49,845 bases of DNA. It comes from Basidiobolus ranarum. Lineage: Eukaryota. Where the stretch lies: positions 1 to 49,845 of the forward strand of contig JASJQH010000018.1 in the NCBI GenBank assembly GCA_040143965.1, read 5' to 3'. The notes below the pieces were generated by a model. It saw nothing but the letters and a program-made list of their open reading frames with translations. It was not told where the DNA came from and made no database searches. Shown here piece after piece: positions 38,223-49,845 of the stretch (positions are counted from its first letter, which is position 1; each line of letters starts with the position of its first letter). The position numbers and the translations under genes were made by a program.

Positions 38223-39489
38223 TTTACCTAACCAAGACAGAACAAAGCAAGACGGTTGACTATCAGATTCGGTTAAGTGATGGAACTGTTACTATGGCTT
38301 GGGGCAGAATTTTCTTAGCAACCCTGGTCTACTCCACCAATTCCCCATCCACGCCTAATCGCCACCCATGAGGAAAGCAGAACAGCATCAATTTCCCCAT
38401 AATTGGTCTTCATTTCCCCACCACTCTGATTTCCCTGTGGGGTAACCTTGGATGAGAACGAGGATAACTTTAACTAAGAAATGAAACAATTTGATTTGTC
38501 ACATGTGTTACAATACTGGAATATTCTGCTCTGTTTTGATTCTGTATTCTCTTTTATCTGGCATAACTTCATTATAATGGATTTTACTTGGTTACTCTAG
38601 CAGCGTTGGCCCACATTATGGCTCAGTGCACTGCGTAAAATGTTAGTGTTCATGACACCGATATAGCTTCTCGTAGGTCAAACCTTTTGAAGCTTAGGGT
38701 GTTGGCATCAAGTGACATCAAGATTCCTATTAATTGGTACACATGGCACACCTAGCACACCGACATGTACATGTACATCTCCAGCGTGATCATGCACTAG
38801 TTACTATTCGACTGATCGATTTATCAAGCCACTTCGTTTGAAAAGTCAAGCTGATATCAACACACGAATAAAGAAAGCGCCATGAAAAATTGGGGTTATT
38901 TTAGTCTCAATAATCTCCTTTCACGGAACAACCAGGGAAAGAAATCAATGGGACAAGGGGTGAATTTTTTTATTTTCCGTTGAAGTTTTTTCCATATTAA
39001 TCGGGAAAAACATCGTAAATATAATATCTATATTGTCCGAATAATTGCCATGGACGCAATACAGATATTATTCCGATCAGAGGTCTTGGCTAGCAACTCG
39101 AAGAGATTGAATAACTAACACAAAATATTATCCAAAGCAATTAGGTTAACCCTAGATGAGCCCGGGTTTAGGTAAGGCTCGCTTAAAACGCTTAACGATA
39201 GTGGTTCAAGATGTGGTCACCGGGGATAAAGATCTGATTGAAAGTGGGGACCAATCAGAAAGTTACTGAAATTGAATAGCATGTTACTAGACAAAACAGA
39301 TGCATCCCAAGGTTATTCACTTTGAAAACGGTATTATAATCCTTTATTCTTCTCCTGAATTTCGTGTTTTCTAGCATCACTTCTTTTGGTTACAGTTAAT
39401 CTTAGAAAGATTGCTAAAAAGTCTACAAAATTACTCTTCGTCTGTGTGGTTAGCTTCCAGTTTGACCGAGTTCAACCAAATCTACGCAC

Positions 39490-42400
39490 ATGGATACTCC
39501 CGACAGTAACCTCCCAAACACTCCGAAGGATGGGGTTGTGATTAAACTAGAAAATAATTCCCTTCAAGTTCCCTCCAGCGATCCATCCCCACCACAAAGT
39601 ATCGTACCTCATCAAGACTTAGTGAAGAATGTAGAGACTAGTAACGGCATCGGCCAGACTTGTTCAAAATGTACTGAGCCGATGACAGGTCAATTTGTAC
39701 GGGCACTAAACGGAACATATCATCTGTCTTGCTTCCGTTGTTTGGTAAGGAATATAATGCTTAAACCACTTTGGTATTATGATTGTGTGTTTTTTATTTC
39801 GTGACCAAGATTTATTCTTTCACATTTTACCAATTTTGACACAGATGGACTTATGATTTTTTTCACAAATCATATACTAGTGTTGAAAATCTGCATTTTT
39901 TATTTTTGTTACCTACTCCTTTTGAGCAACTGATTAAACATAATCACTTATTCCTTACGTTAGGATTGCGATCAAAGTGTAGCAGCTAAATTCTTTCCAG
40001 TTGTAGGACAAGATGGAAAGCAATACCCTATATGCGAGAAAGATTACTACCGTAGATTAAACCTGGTATGTGAAGCCTGTGGAGGAATATTGTATGGTTC
40101 ATATATCACGGCTTTGGATAAACGATATCATGTAGAGCACTTCACTTGCTCTGTATGCCCCACAGTATTCGGTCCTCAAGATTCGTACTATGAGAATGAA
40201 GGAAAAGTATATTGTCACTATCATTATTCTGTTTTGTTCGCTGTCCGTTGTTGTGGTTGTCAAACTGCAATTTTGAAGCAATTTGTGGAATTGAATCGTA
40301 ATGGCTTTAATGAACATTGGCATCCTGAATGTTACATGATTCACAAGGTAAGCTTACATATGTTCAACTCTTTATTCTTGGAAGTTCTGCGTCTAATAGG
40401 ATTTACTATAAGTTTTGGAACGTCAAGCTTGCTTCAAGTAATACTATCACTGATGATGAGCACGACGAAGCTTGTAAGTGATGATTGATATTTTCATTGA
40501 CGCATGCTTTGATTTGCGTACTAATGGAGGTCAATTTATACCCTAGTCGATTCCAAATCACATACTACAGAGCAGCTTAAATATGACCAGCGGAGAATGG
40601 AGGATAAAGTTTACCAAATATGGACCATTCTCTCTGCTTTTGAGGAGTCTTCCGCTGCTTGTATATCTGATATGTTGTTACACGTATCCAATGGTGAATA
40701 TCTAGAAGGTGTCAAAATGGCAGAAAACTTTATTAATCATGTGGAGATCTTATTTTCTGCTGTGGACGACCTGGAAGAGCAGTTGGCTCGCTACGATGAT
40801 CACACAGGTTAGTAAGATGTTCGTAGATCCTCTTCGAAATACACTCGTCTAATTCAACATCTGGTTTGGTAGAAATGGAACACTCAAAGGAACCTAAACT
40901 TTTATGTAAAAAAATCGTGAGTTTCTTCTCGTTACTCTCGCATACCCAAGAGTCAGGTGTGCGAAGGATGGGTATCACGCAAGAGCTTTTAACCTTGGTT
41001 GCTGGATTGGCACATTACCTTAAGGTTCTTATCAGAATCGCACTAACCGCCGCTCTAAAGCTGGTATGTAACTATTCTACGTTGTAATTTTATAGCGACA
41101 CACCAATTAACACTATCCTTCTAGGAAAACCGTTACGGTAGTGCCACAGCCATTTACGCCTTTCTTAATAAACTGGTTGAGTTTGGGGAAAACGATACTG
41201 CTACAAGAAGACCATACATTCGTGTTAGTGAAATCACATCGGATCTTTGTTTTGGATGTCGCACAACAATAGAGGGGGAATGTATTCAATATGAAACCTA
41301 CCGTTGGCATACCGAATGCTTCAAGTGTAATCGATGCTCCATTCCACTACATCAACGATTTTACGAAGCAACATTCGATGAGAAGCATTCTTTAATATAT
41401 TGTCCAAACTGCTCCAAAAAGAGTGCACGTGCACATGGTTTTCGTTATGTCACTCAGTTGGAGCAATATGCTTTTCTACTTCGTGTCGCTCTCAAACGAC
41501 TTTATACTCTACTTAATGTTAATGGTAATGTAATCTGCGGTGACTATCTTTTTGGATATTGACTAACGCTCTAAATTTAGAAAATGCTCTCAACGCTTCA
41601 TCTACCGTTTCTGATAGAAGACTGAACCAATCTGACACTTCTGATGACCAGGACGAGCCATCTAGTCCGAAGAATGATGATAACGAAACTGTCAAGCAGA
41701 TACCTAGTCGTAAAGTGGATCGCAAACTGACAGAGTCTATGACACATGCTCGAAGACAAACAGTTGTAGAGCATCATCAGCATACTAGTTCCATTCATTC
41801 ACTTGTCAACCTCTTTATCGACAAGGACAACGAAATCAAAGTGGTTCAGTCACCCAAACTGGAACAAAATATCGCTGGAGAATATCCAGTACTAACCGAG
41901 CCTCATATCAAATGCGGTACTGTGATCGATAGACCTCTACCAGGAGTTCACACTAAGCCACTTGTTTCTCACCCACCACCTTCGGTTGGTGACCGTAAAC
42001 GGTATCTTTCTGAGCTCTCTGAGCTGGAAACCTTTATCGTCAAGCATTTGGCGGTAGTTAATTTATCTCCACTCCTGGAAAAGTACATCAGTTTTGATGA
42101 GCTACTTAGCTTAGTGGATACTAGAAAGGTAACAATATGGGATCGATTCAAGACTGGTTTAAAAACAAACAAGAAACAAGGAAAAGTCAAAGGTAATTGA
42201 AGGTACCTTCACTCCCCGATCTTACAAATCTATTAAGTAATTTCTCGTTTCTGTAGTGGACGGTACGTTCGGACTTAGTCTTGATCAGATGGTAGAAAAG
42301 CATGGCATTGATTCCGATCTTGGTGTTATCCCTGGGCGCATTAGAATTCCAGTATTTATCGAGAAGAGCATCAGAGCACTTAGTGAAATGGGTAAATATT

Positions 42401-43260
42401 ATTGCACTTCTTAAAAATGGCTTCTTTTTGTGTAACACATACTTGGTTCTAGATATGACTGTCGAGGGTATTTTCAGAAAGAACGGAAATATCAGACGAC
42501 TTCGTGAGCTCACCGAAGCGATAGATAAAGGACCTTCGGACGTTGATTTAACTAAAGACAATGCCATTCAAATTGCCGCGTTGTTGAAGAAGTACCTTCG
42601 TGAATTACCGGATCCTTTACTTACCTTTAAATTACAAAAAGTCTTCGTGTCAGCACAAAGTAAGGGAATCTCTATTACTGTATCAATATAATTAGGTTCT
42701 AATGATAATACCCCATCGTTAGAACTACCCAACGAACAAGACAGAAGAAAAGTTATTCATTTAGCCTGTTGCCTGATGCCAAAACCTCATCGTGACACTA
42801 TGGAAGCACTCTTTATTTTCCTGAGATGGGTCTCCAACTTCTCCCATGTGGGTGAGGATGCTGGTAGCAAAATGGATTTGGCTAATTTGGCTACAGTGGT
42901 GGCTCCAAACATTCTGTATACCAACTCCAAGGATCCAGTTAAAGACGAATCTTTCTTATCCATCGAAACAGTGTATGCTCTATTGAAGTATCAAGACGAA
43001 ATGTGGCAGGTATGAAGCAGAACAGTCGACATAACATTCATTCAAAAGAATTCTAATTAATTTTGTAATCCCAGATTCCTCCAAATGTTGCTGATATATT
43101 GCAAGAACAAGGCCTGATCGAGGGCAGTAGTGGCCTTTCTTCAAAAGATCTCCTCAAACGGTGTGAAAACTATGTGAAATTAAGAAAACCAAGCTTGCAT
43201 AGTTTGGCGTTGGACCGTGCTTTCTCCAACTCCTCTGGTCCAGCCACGCCGACATCCTAG
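39490..43260 (+). CDS. LRG1: LIM-domain RhoGAP (Lrg1/Rga1-type), multi-exon
   Basis: LIM domains (CSKC..GQFVRALNGTYHLSCF; YHVEHFTCSVCPTVFGPQDSYYE; WHPECYMIHK), TILSAFEESSAACISDMLLHVS, and RhoGAP with arginine finger VEGIFRKNG. Stop at 43258-43260. Confidence 0.9.
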
Positions 43261-44050
43261 ACCACGGAAGAGATATGAGAAGTGGAAGTGCCACGTTACT
43301 GTTGGGCAATATTCTACCATTCTCGCTATATTACCCTAGGATTCTATCTTTCTTTTGCTCTTCGTATCTCTTTAATATATTTCGACAGTTCTACGTATAC
43401 AGCTACCGTAAGCACATTCCCTACCGATCAACTCTGGCAGTGTGTACCACGGAGGGGAAGCACTCATTACTATTATTAATAGCTTGTTTTAGGGGCCTTA
43501 TTTTTCTTTACTGTTTCGTCATCCTTTGACTTCTATTCCTTAGTTTTTCATTCTGATTGTTTCTTCGTTTTCTCTTTAATACTCATTTCCGTTCCATACG
43601 TCGCCACTCCGCCATCCCTCAACCATGTAATTTTTCTTTTCCAGCCAATATTTACATGACTTTTTGGCCCTAGTTTAAGGGCTAATATCTCGAAAAAGAG
43701 CAAGAACACAATGATATTCAACACTTTCTATCGAAACTTCTATTGATTACTTAGTTTAATAGATAATGTGATTTAATATAAAGTTGGATCTATTTTTGAA
43801 TATATTTGCATGGCATTTTTACTGGAGCTCTCATATCATTTCTGACACGGTTGAACTTAGGGTAACCCTGAAGTCAAATTCACCAGTAGTTCTCGAAATT
43901 GAATTCAAGATTGAGTAATCGTGATTTTACTTGCACAGCATATGGACTGACTTTTTTTCCACTAGATGGATCAAGCTTTTATTTATAATTTATAACGGAT
44001 GATTGCTCGCCTAACATCAAATTCAGTGGCTCACACTTCACTTGGTTAAA

Positions 44051-46018
44051 ATGTCTGACGGAATCGATCTTGATAACTTGGGTAATTTCAAGTCCAAAAG
44101 CAACTTTTCTTCACATTCCTAATAGTAACACTTCATATTATACCAGTTGAGGATCACAACTATGACTTTTCAGAATCGTCCCTGAGGGCGCGTGAAGAGC
44201 ACCAAATGATTCTCGATGAATTTGAGAGAAAACGTCGAGCTCGTTCTCTTGCAGTACCAACCGATGACGGTCGCGTTCGTGCCAAACTCAGAGAATTAGG
44301 GGAACCACAATGTCTGTTCGCTGAAGGGGTACTTATCAACCTTGATTTCAATCCTTCTTTTTCAAAATCATTAAGCATTATATTGTTCAATCTTTAGCCT
44401 GCAGAACGTCGTGATAGATTACGAGTATTACTCTCTAAATTAGATAGAGCTGAGGCGGGTTCAGATAAGGCACAAAGCGACAGTGATTCTGATTCTGATA
44501 AGGAAGAAGAATTTTTCACTGAGGGAACTTCGGAATTACTGGAAGCCAGGCGTGCTGTTGCCTATTATTCTCTACCAAGGTATAGATTTTTGAAAGAGTT
44601 CAATTAGTACATACCTGTTATACCAACGCAAATTAATCATTAGGGCGAAGAAACGTCTTGAGCGACAACGTGAAGAGCATGAAATTCCTTTGGCACAGAT
44701 TAAAGCTGCGCGCAAAGATTTATATACAAACATTCAGGTATGGAGGCCTATACTTTCTTTCATGCTTGCATTTCTGACCTGGTATCTTTTGAAAATCAGG
44801 GTTATGCAAACTATAGTTCTCAAATTGGCGATGATCGACCAGTGTCAATCGGTCGGTTCTCCCCTGACGCGAAGACATTTGCTACAGGTTCGTGGACGGG
44901 CATGATCAAACTCTGGAATGTTCCTAGCTGCGCGAATACTTTGAATCTGCGAGGTTGGTGTCTCTTCATTGTTTGTAATTTGTCCCAGGCTAAGAGATAT
45001 TGATAATACACAGGCCATACCGATCGTATTGGTGGTCTGGCATTCCATCCTCAGTCTACTATATCATTGGATCGTGGTGCCGTTAACTTGGCCTCCGGTG
45101 GAGCTGATGGCAATATTCACCTGTGGTCCTTGGAGAGTGAAACCCCTGTGTCCTCTTTACTAGGGCATACTCAACGTGTTTCTCGTATTGGTTTCCATCC
45201 TTCTGGAAACTATATTGGTTCAGCAAGGTTAGATAGCACCCTTCCCTCGTAAATGGCCCATTTTTAATGAAACATTCTGTACATTTAGTTTCGATGGTAC
45301 TTGGAGACTTTGGAATGTTGAAACCACACAAGAGCTATTGCTCCAAGAGGGCCATGCTCGCGAAGTCTATGCAATCGCATTCCAAAATGATGGTGCGTTA
45401 GCTGCCACTGGGTATGTTGAAAGATAGTTATCTTATCTTTGTGTAGAAAATAACCATCTTTTGTTTTCTTTGACGTATACAGCGGTCTTGATGCAATTGG
45501 TAGAATTTGGGATCTTCGTACTGGAAGAAGTGCTATGGTACTGGAAGGCCACGTTAAAGACATTTTGGGTATTGACTTTTCACCCAATGGATACCAAGTG
45601 GCCACTGCCAGCGAGGACAACACGGTGAAGCTTTTCGATCTTCGAACTATGCGTACTCTGTATACGATCCCAGCACATAACTCTCTTGTCTCTGATGTCC
45701 GATTCTTCCATGCTTCGGAAGCCTACGAAGCTAACCGAATGGAAGGAACACCTAATGAATCTGGACTCTATCTTGCCAGTTCATCATATGATGGCACCGT
45801 CAAGATATGGTCGGCAGATACATGGAAATTGATCAAGACGCTCTCAGGTCATGAAGGGAAGGTCATGAGTGTTGATGTAGCTTCAGGTATAGGTCTCCAA
45901 TAATTCTAAGTGTGATAAGTCTTTGTATTCTAATATCTTTTCAGACGGCAACTTCATTGCTTCTACAGGTTTTGATCGCACATTCAAGCTGTGGGCTAAC
46001 GAGAACTCCCCCTTTTAA
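44051..46018 (+). CDS. PRP4: U4/U6 snRNP WD40 protein Prp4 (PRPF4), multi-exon
   Basis: SFM motif [55 protein letters not shown], and WD40 repeats ([15 protein letters not shown]). Confidence 0.93.
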
Positions 46019-46706
46019 TTTTAAATCTCTCTTCATTCGCAAGCACGTCCAACGCAATATTTCTTTTCCTTGTAAGATTTTTTCATAAACTCATCAATAT
46101 GTCATTTGATATCAGTTTAATGGTAATTTATCTGTGTGCTATATATATACTAGTACAGATTGCCCCTTTGTTACATAAGCAAAGTGCGTTGTCTTCAAAG
46201 GGATTAGAGTGTAGGAATTAGGAATTTGATTGTCATGAATATCTGAATAACCTTCTGAATAACCATTTAAACTCATTAACGATACCGAATCATTCCGGTA
46301 TGCACGGAATCCTAAATAAATTCCTCTCTTATATAAGAGCTGACCAATAATGACGCTAGTATTAATTAAGAGATTTCAAACAATTCCAGTAGTTCCTCGA
46401 AATTGTAGAACTAATTCATTTTTTACTACTAAATTTATCCCAGATCTTCACAGGGTCGTTTCTTGGTTGTTTGCTACCACACTGAAATAAGTAATAACAG
46501 AAAGGTGTCTAACCTTGTTCTGATATTTGGAGTAATTAAAGTCAGCAAACCTGTAGTGTATCGTTTGCCAAACCTTCGCCTTCTCTTCTGATTCTTCGTT
46601 AAAGCAGTCACCACATAGTTATCCCTTGGAAATTTTTTACCTTGCGACGAGTGAATTGATAGTATATTACATTTAATTTTGTATTACAAACGTCAGATCT
46701 ATAGAA

Positions 46707-48392
46707 ATGGAGTACGTGACAAATTGGGGAGTAAAAGAAGTATGTAAATGGCTAAATTCAATAGGTTACGAAGCGTACGAAAAACCATTTCGAGGTGGCT
46801 TACTTCAAGTTGAATCTTTCTTATTTCCTCCACCTTTAACCTTCCTTGCCTTGAATTTCTATGCACATTTCACAAAATAGACAACGTAATCACTGGCTCC
46901 ATTCTTTTGCACCTCGACCATGTTGCCTTAAAAGAGCTAACTATACGGTCAGTAGGAAAACGACTAAGATTGCTGAGGGCCATATATCAACTAAAGACAG
47001 AGCATCAAATTCCCATCGAACCTGACGATTACATACCTCCTTGTAAGTTTCTTAACCCTAACATCTAACTTTAACATATTTATCTTAAATCAAAGTCGAT
47101 TCTTTTCGCCTTTTCTATTTGCTACTTCTAACGCAAACTTATTTCTTCTTTCGTATAATGGTATGCTATCAATGAAGCCGTAGAATATGATATGGTAAGT
47201 TCACGTGGTTGTTTCTTTAAACTTTTACTTGTTTATGGAGATTTAACTGTTGCTTAAATCACACTAAAATCTAATTTTAATAACTAAAGAATGATGGCGA
47301 AGGTGGAAATTACTCGGAAGAGTATCGTAAATTTCATGCCGCACTTAAAGATCGAGGTAGGTATAACGATTGAGCTAAACAGGTTCTTATCTCCCACATG
47401 GAAACTTTCTAGTAACCCAATTATATATATACATATATGTAGATTCGTTAATTCAAAGTTTACAGCAAGAGATTGGTCGACTAACAAGTGATTTGGCCAC
47501 TTTGAGAGAGGAGTTAAGGCCAGTATGGAAGCTGGTCCAATTGGACAAGGTATCCATCGCTTTTTAAGTCTCTCTTGTTCCTTTATCTACGGTTTGATTT
47601 ACTCACAATTTATTTGCGTTAGGAGGAAAGTACATCACAAAGACGACCAGCTCCAATCATTACAAAGTTCTTGGGCGGTTCCAATCACAAAGCCGGCAAC
47701 GTTTCGCCCGGATTATCTATGTCTAAGCACGTTCAGAGATCCCATTTAGAATCTTCACATACCCCACCCTCACCATCATCTCCTTGTGAAAGTCATTCAT
47801 CGGGCAGCCATGTAGGATACCCTCAATCTCGGCCATCGTTTAGCGATAATGGTTCAGTGGTGAGTGACCTTTATTCGTAAAAATTCACTTTCACAATACT
47901 AGGTACTAATTCATGCTACTTCAACCCCAGCACAACTTGTATCCGCCTGGAAACAGCCCTCACAATATGGAGAGTGCAGGAGAGGGGGCCATTCGAGTAT
48001 ATAGTGACAAGATGTTAGACCGTGCGAACGAGGCCTACAAGAGCTTCCGAATTTCTCTGGACGACCCATGTCGAAAAGTCATCGCAGGAGCACTAAAGAA
48101 ATATAAAATTCACGATGATTGGAAAAACTATTGTCTTGTGGTTTGCTTCGGGAATACTGGTAAATATCCATGTGATTACGTCGCTTTTTGAAAGTTGCTT
48201 AATGAATTATTGTTTCTAGAGAGAGCGCTTACACCGGAAGAAAAACCGCTACAACTGTACCAGCAGCTCAAAGAAACCACCGGTTCTCCTGTTAGTTTTG
48301 TCCTGAAGCATGTCAAACAGGTGAAACACTTTGGTATTAAACCTGATGAAAAAGCCGCGTTAAATTTAGAAAATCTCAAATTGAGTGAATAA
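46707..48392 (+). CDS. STE50: Ste50-like SAM + Ras-association MAPK adaptor, multi-exon
   Basis: SAM domain (W.VKEVCKWL..IGY..Y..FR/DNVITGSILLHLDHVALKEL..SVGKRLRLLRAIY..DDYIPPS), coiled coil, and RA domain (YKSFRISLDDPCRKVI..ALKKYKIHDDW..ERAL..EEKPL). Confidence 0.85.
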
Positions 48393-48834
48393 TCAGTCTG
48401 TTTCTCAATACAAGCACATTCATTCTTTGATTACCTTGCGTTCATTGTTGTATTCATCCTAATTCTAATTGTCATGATTGAAAAATAATTTGAAAACGTC
48501 TCGAGCCGATCTTTCGACTTTCCCACTGCATTTCTCAGTATCTAGATGCACTTGCCATTGCCCCACCTCCGTATCTTAATAAAACGAACCTCTAATCATG
48601 TGATCCTGAGATATTCAATTTCATGAGATATTTACAAACTCAGCCTTAGGGCATATATGCATTCAGCCATTTTACAATCTCATATATCTGAATTATCCAC
48701 AGATAATTTAGATTAATTAACTCGAAGAACTACAAGACGTAAGTTAGGTTGGTTCGAATACTCATAATTACTCCTTTTCTTGAATAAACACTTTCGGTCT
48801 ACAGTCCACGTCCAGTGCATAGTGTTCTATTATA

Positions 48835-49845
48835 ATGTGGAGCTCTTCACTAATAAAAGCACCTTGCGATTTGATTGCTACACTGACGTTTACTCTACCA
48901 CAAGCACAACCGACCATCCAGAATAATAACGAAGATAATGAAGAAACCAACTCCTTGGTCCTACAACAAGTCCCCACAAAGTATAATTTAGTTTTGGTAC
49001 AAGGTCAACTTGTTCTGGATGTGGTGAGAAAGTTCATGAAAGAACATAATTTACCGGTTTACCTTGAACATCATATACTATCAACGGTCATGTCTTTACT
49101 TAAACTCAAAGCGGAGAGTCACTCCGAAGATATTACCAAACCCGGTAGGTATTCTATTTCGTACTGAGTTTTTTTTGAGAGAGAAGGGAGAGGAGTCTAT
49201 TCGAAATCTGTTAGAGTTATTTATTTGTCACCTGTTTAACAAGTACCTAATGTATATTAACGTGACAAAATTAGATTCCGAAGTGACGCCGGAAAAGCTG
49301 GTCCATTCGTACGAAAACTATACGTTTAATTTTGCGAAAAATCGTGAGGAGGTACGCGCTATAGCATAGGTCTTTAACGTGAAGCATTCCATAAATCCGT
49401 TGATAATTAATGTTCATCAATATATATCCATTCACTCCATAGGATACTTTTCCAAAGGCCTATCAAGCATTGGTACTCTCACCCTTTCCTTCGATATACA
49501 CATATTTATTGGAATTGGAAAAGAAATATGCAGGAAAAATGCGTGAAATTCATAAGAAAATGGAAAAGAATCTAGTAGAAATTCAAGATAGGTAGATACC
49601 GAAAGAATTAATTATATTCGGTTACCATTCGCTTTCTTTCTTACACTTTCCACAGACATGCTATTCGGATGGAGCGCGCAGTGGAACGTGGTAATTACGA
49701 GCAAGATTTCACAAATTTAGTATCCAGACACGTTGAGGTAGGCTCCCAGATAATTTGTCGATAATTCTAGAGGATGCTAGGCTACGAAGCTAACTATTTT
49801 CACTAATTGATAATCTATCGACGATCTCCTTGTAGGAAATGGAAG
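48835..49845 (+). CDS. C12orf4/FERRY3 (DUF2362)-like protein, 5' part, truncated by the window edge
   Basis: Spliced exons give HNLPVYLE, then EE/DTFPKAYQALVLSP..LLELEKKYA..EIQD/RHAIRME, which resembles C12orf4 as I recall it. Consistent GT-AG introns; start codon uncertain. Confidence 0.62.

Noticed and set aside
48751-48761. GGTTCGAATAC B-box/tRNA T-loop-like motif
   Set aside because: No cloverleaf or A-box could be built around it.

Overview
Eukaryotic, intron-rich fungal genomic DNA with short (~55-110 nt) introns, not prokaryotic. Gene content and intron style suggest an early-diverging (Zoopagomycota/Mucoromycota-type, Basidiobolus-like) fungus; this is inference. The first ~9 kb are gene-poor. 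They hold a very long modular metallothionein-like gene (203 aa, 57 Cys), a degenerate 95-96 bp tandem repeat and a decayed S8 subtilisin (PA + Fn3-like) pseudogene. From 9 kb on, housekeeping genes are densely packed: TFIIIC Tfc6-like, GRAM/VASt sterol transporter, RPC1, mitoribosomal mL50, NOC4, ABHD11-like hydrolase, Sds3/Dep1/BRMS1L-family, tafazzin, YCG1, Nvj2/TEX2-like SMP protein, ATP1, LRG1-like LIM-RhoGAP, PRP4, STE50-like and a partial C12orf4/FERRY3-like gene. The most notable signal is a textbook AT-AC U12-type (minor spliceosome) intron at 27629-27700 in the Sds3-family gene. It is masked by an in-frame weak GT-AG alternative that standard annotation would probably choose. Exon boundaries were read by eye; family assignments come from motif recognition, not database searches.
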